A stretch of 64,000 bases of DNA from a virus (lineage: Duplodnaviria; Caudoviricetes): IMG/VR virus record IMGVR_UViG_3300035661_000005; one strand, given 5' to 3'. Below are positions 61,965 to 64,000 of the stretch, in pieces (positions within the stretch are counted from its first letter, which is position 1; each line of letters begins with the position of its first letter). Under the pieces are notes generated by a model. It did no database searches and was not told the origin of the DNA. It worked only from the letters and a program-made list of their open reading frames with translations. The position numbers and the translations under genes were made by a program.

Positions 61965-62387
61965 TTAGTCGTCAGCGAGGAGGCGATCCCAGGCGGTATC
62001 CGCCTCCCTGGGCTCCGGACTCGCCTCGATGGGGTACCACCTGTGGCCAGCCCTCCGAGCGTCGGCCCAGGCGGTGAACGAGACGACGTGGTAGTCGAGG
62101 CCCTCGGATGGCCAGTAGACTCGATCCGGGGGTCCACCGACCTCGTCCGGCTCGATGTCCGCGGCGTCGTAGAAGAAGATCCACGCGCCGTTGGTGATCC
62201 GGATGAAGACGGGGTTCGCCTCGGCGGGCTTGATGTTTGCCCTGCCAGCCGCGATCTCGATGAAGCCATCGGTAAACCGTTGGGCCAACTCCTCCGCGGC
62301 GATCGAGTTCTTGGTCAGGAACAGGATCGACCGGCCCAGGAGAAGATCGGCGACGGCTAGCTCGAACAGTTTGCGATCTAGGCGCAC
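61965..62387 (-). CDS. Hypothetical protein with acidic tag
   Basis: Ends DTAWDRLLADD; TGGTGTAGA upstream. Confidence 0.75.
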   Translation of the reverse strand: MRLDRKLFELAVADLLLGRSILFLTKNSIAAEELAQRFTDGFIEIAAGRANIKPAEANPVFIRITNGAWIFFYDAADIEPDEVGGPPDRVYWPSEGLDYHVVSFTAWADARRAGHRWYPIEASPEPREADTAWDRLLADD

Positions 62388-62396
62388 GATCCAGGT

Positions 62397-63008
62397 CTAC
62401 ACCAGGTTGTCGTCCCACCGATCGAGGAAGTCGCTGTTCGCCAGCCGTTCGAAGTCGGTTGGGATGGATCGACGCTCCAGGGCGTGGGGCACTTCCCTGT
62501 TCGCGCTGATACGGCTCGTCCGCGAGGGGTCCTCCGTGACCCGCATGTGAGGCTCGGGGATCTGCCTGCGAGGCTCCAGTGCTTGCCGCGCACGCTCGGC
62601 GGGGGTCATGTCCCGGAAGGCACGAACATTCCCCACGACCTGGCCGTCGCTCGGCCCCTCCAGGCGCTCCCGTCGGAACGTGCTCGGCGGCGGGCTCTCC
62701 CGATCGACTCGGAAGCGGCCACGGCGTTCGGCTGGGCCGGCTGCGACATCCAGCCGCAGGTCGTCCATGTCGAAGGAGATCTCGTCGGGCACGGGGGTAT
62801 CGGGCGGGAAGTTAGTGACGAGGTTGGATACCCAGGCGTCCTCGCTCATCGGTGGCACACGCCCAAGGTCTTCCCTGGCGGTCACAACTCGGATAGGGAC
62901 TCCAGGGGTGACGAGGCGCGACTGCTGCATGGCAGTCGCTGCCGCCAGCTCCCGTTGTGCGGAAGCCGACAGTAGCATCGCTGGATCCAGCGGAGGTAGC
63001 TTCGGCAT
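62397..63008 (-). CDS. Disordered Arg/Pro-rich protein with acidic tag
   Basis: Ends PTDFERLANSDFLDRWDDNLV; probable start MPKLPP at 63008. Confidence 0.65.
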   Translation of the reverse strand: MPKLPPLDPAMLLSASAQRELAAATAMQQSRLVTPGVPIRVVTAREDLGRVPPMSEDAWVSNLVTNFPPDTPVPDEISFDMDDLRLDVAAGPAERRGRFRVDRESPPPSTFRRERLEGPSDGQVVGNVRAFRDMTPAERARQALEPRRQIPEPHMRVTEDPSRTSRISANREVPHALERRSIPTDFERLANSDFLDRWDDNLV

Positions 63009-63145
63009 ACCCTTCGACCTACGGCACAGGCTGCGCGAAAGCAACACATAACCTGTGGAAATCGTACACGTTTTCAAGGGTCGGCGTGGAAGGGTGCGAG
63101 ATCGTTAGTGAAAGTTCTTGGATTCCTCTGGTATGGAGGTCCCCC

Positions 63146-63463
63146 GTGCGGCCACCGCCGAATCGGAAACCGAAGTCCTGTCACGGCAACGAGCACATAG
63201 GCTATCAGCACTGTGCGGGGTGCAGGAGAGGTCGGCCTCAATGCGCGGCCATGCGGAAGAAGAACCCCAAGCGAGCGCCATGCGGCTGCGACGCCTACCA
63301 CTTCCCGCACAGGAAGGGCTCGGGCCGCTGCGGGAACCTATTCCAGCAGACGATGGACGCCACGCCCGAGGACGAACGTGGGACGGTCCTAGAGCGGTTC
63401 GCGATCGAGTGTCCGGACATGATACCGCACACCCGCGACGAGTTTGCCGACGTCCCCTTCTGA
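63146..63463 (+). CDS. Cys/His Zn-binding protein with DEFADVPF tail
   Basis: GGAGGT SD before GTG 63146; HCAGC, CGCDAYHFPHRKGSGRC. Confidence 0.7.
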   Translation: MRPPPNRKPKSCHGNEHIGYQHCAGCRRGRPQCAAMRKKNPKRAPCGCDAYHFPHRKGSGRCGNLFQQTMDATPEDERGTVLERFAIECPDMIPHTRDEFADVPF

Positions 63464-63480
63464 TCGGTGTATAAGGCTTC

Positions 63481-63774
63481 GTGGTCAAGGACGACAAATC
63501 CCCGCCGGTCAGCGATCCCCGATGGGCCGAATGGTCCAAGCCGCTCCTGGAGTACCTAGCGGCCCCGCACACGTGGAAGGAGATGCGGGCGAGCGTCCGC
63601 ATGCCGGAGGACAAGCTCCGTAACTGCCTTATCTGGCTAGAGATCTACGGGCTCGTCGTGGACTACGAGATCGAGGGCGTGGCGACGTGGATCAAAACCG
63701 GGGGCTGGCGAATTCCAGGATCGCCCGGAGACGCAGCTGCCCAGCCCGGCCGAGAAAGCTCACGGGGGTCCTGA
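63481..63774 (+). CDS. Small winged-helix-like protein
   Basis: LRNCLIWLEIYGLV; CGGTGTAT upstream. Confidence 0.6.
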   Translation: MVKDDKSPPVSDPRWAEWSKPLLEYLAAPHTWKEMRASVRMPEDKLRNCLIWLEIYGLVVDYEIEGVATWIKTGGWRIPGSPGDAAAQPGRESSRGS

Positions 63775-63893
63775 CCGCCCAGCCGAGGTCCAGGAGGTGC
63801 GCCTCCTTGTCGCCGAGGCTTCGCCTCAGCGCCGCTGCCATGCCGGGGTACTAGCAGTTCTCGTGGAGCGCCCGTGTGCGTCAGAGGCAGTGG

Positions 63894-64000
63894 TCATCGT
63901 CTATGCCATCCAGCGATGCGGATCATGGCACGGAAGCTCGCCCCCTTGGTCTTCTTCGACCCGAGGCTGAGCGGGAACGTGACGGTGAGCTTGTCGTCGC
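63894..64000 (-). CDS. 3' end of a gene entering the window (putative 2H-phosphoesterase-like)
   Basis: DDKLTVTFPLSLGSKKTKGASFRAMIRIA is homologous to DGIEVTFPLSMGKTAMYRALVRLA in 32610-33884. Confidence 0.55.
   Translation of the reverse strand, partial: DDKLTVTFPLSLGSKKTKGASFRAMIRIAGWHRR

Noticed and set aside
1-64000. tRNA, tmRNA or rRNA genes
   Set aside because: No convincing T-loop GTTCRA plus acceptor stem, and no rRNA signature found by eye; GGAGGCAGCA at about 54285 matches a 16S primer site only by chance
1-64000. Stop-codon reassignment
   Set aside because: TAA, TAG and TGA all terminate well-recognised genes at the expected lengths

Overview
A gene-dense, high-GC (about two-thirds by eye) 64 kb segment of a large dsDNA bacteriophage genome. 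There is no rRNA, tRNA or CRISPR array, and no recognisable capsid, tail or terminase module. A myxobacterial host is inferred from a KGG stress protein, a membrane GT51 transglycosylase, a Cys-rich lipoprotein and an SLT-like secreted protein. Recognisable genes are two intein-containing AAA+ ATPases (Ycf46-like and ClpX), thyA, folA, a HAD nucleotidase, HU, a nitrilase, DUF1848, DHH and HD phosphohydrolases, a SLOG protein, a minimal topoisomerase IB, a Dam-type methylase, RNase HII, GIY-YIG and HNH nucleases, DUF932 and a GH25 endolysin. Five features are not explained by standard annotation. (1) A terminal basic helix tag, R-V-[VA]-x-R-[FY]-L, occurs about 16 times on 12 otherwise unrelated ORFs, including topoisomerase IB and three anthrax-lethal-factor-like zinc proteases; it is a candidate virion-packaging address. 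(2) A second, acidic C-terminal tag, [TD]-[DAT]-[WF]-[DE]-R-L-x-x-D-[DE], sits on unrelated proteins at 55-63 kb. (3) A rigid TTGATC-N16-TGTA[GA][AG] promoter often places the ATG exactly 6 nt downstream (leaderless mRNA), and its -35 contains a Dam site. (4) Several strongly structured non-coding RNAs are present, one with two pseudoknots. (5) Many gene remnants and short perfect tandem duplications occur. All family calls come from motif recognition by eye, without database searches.
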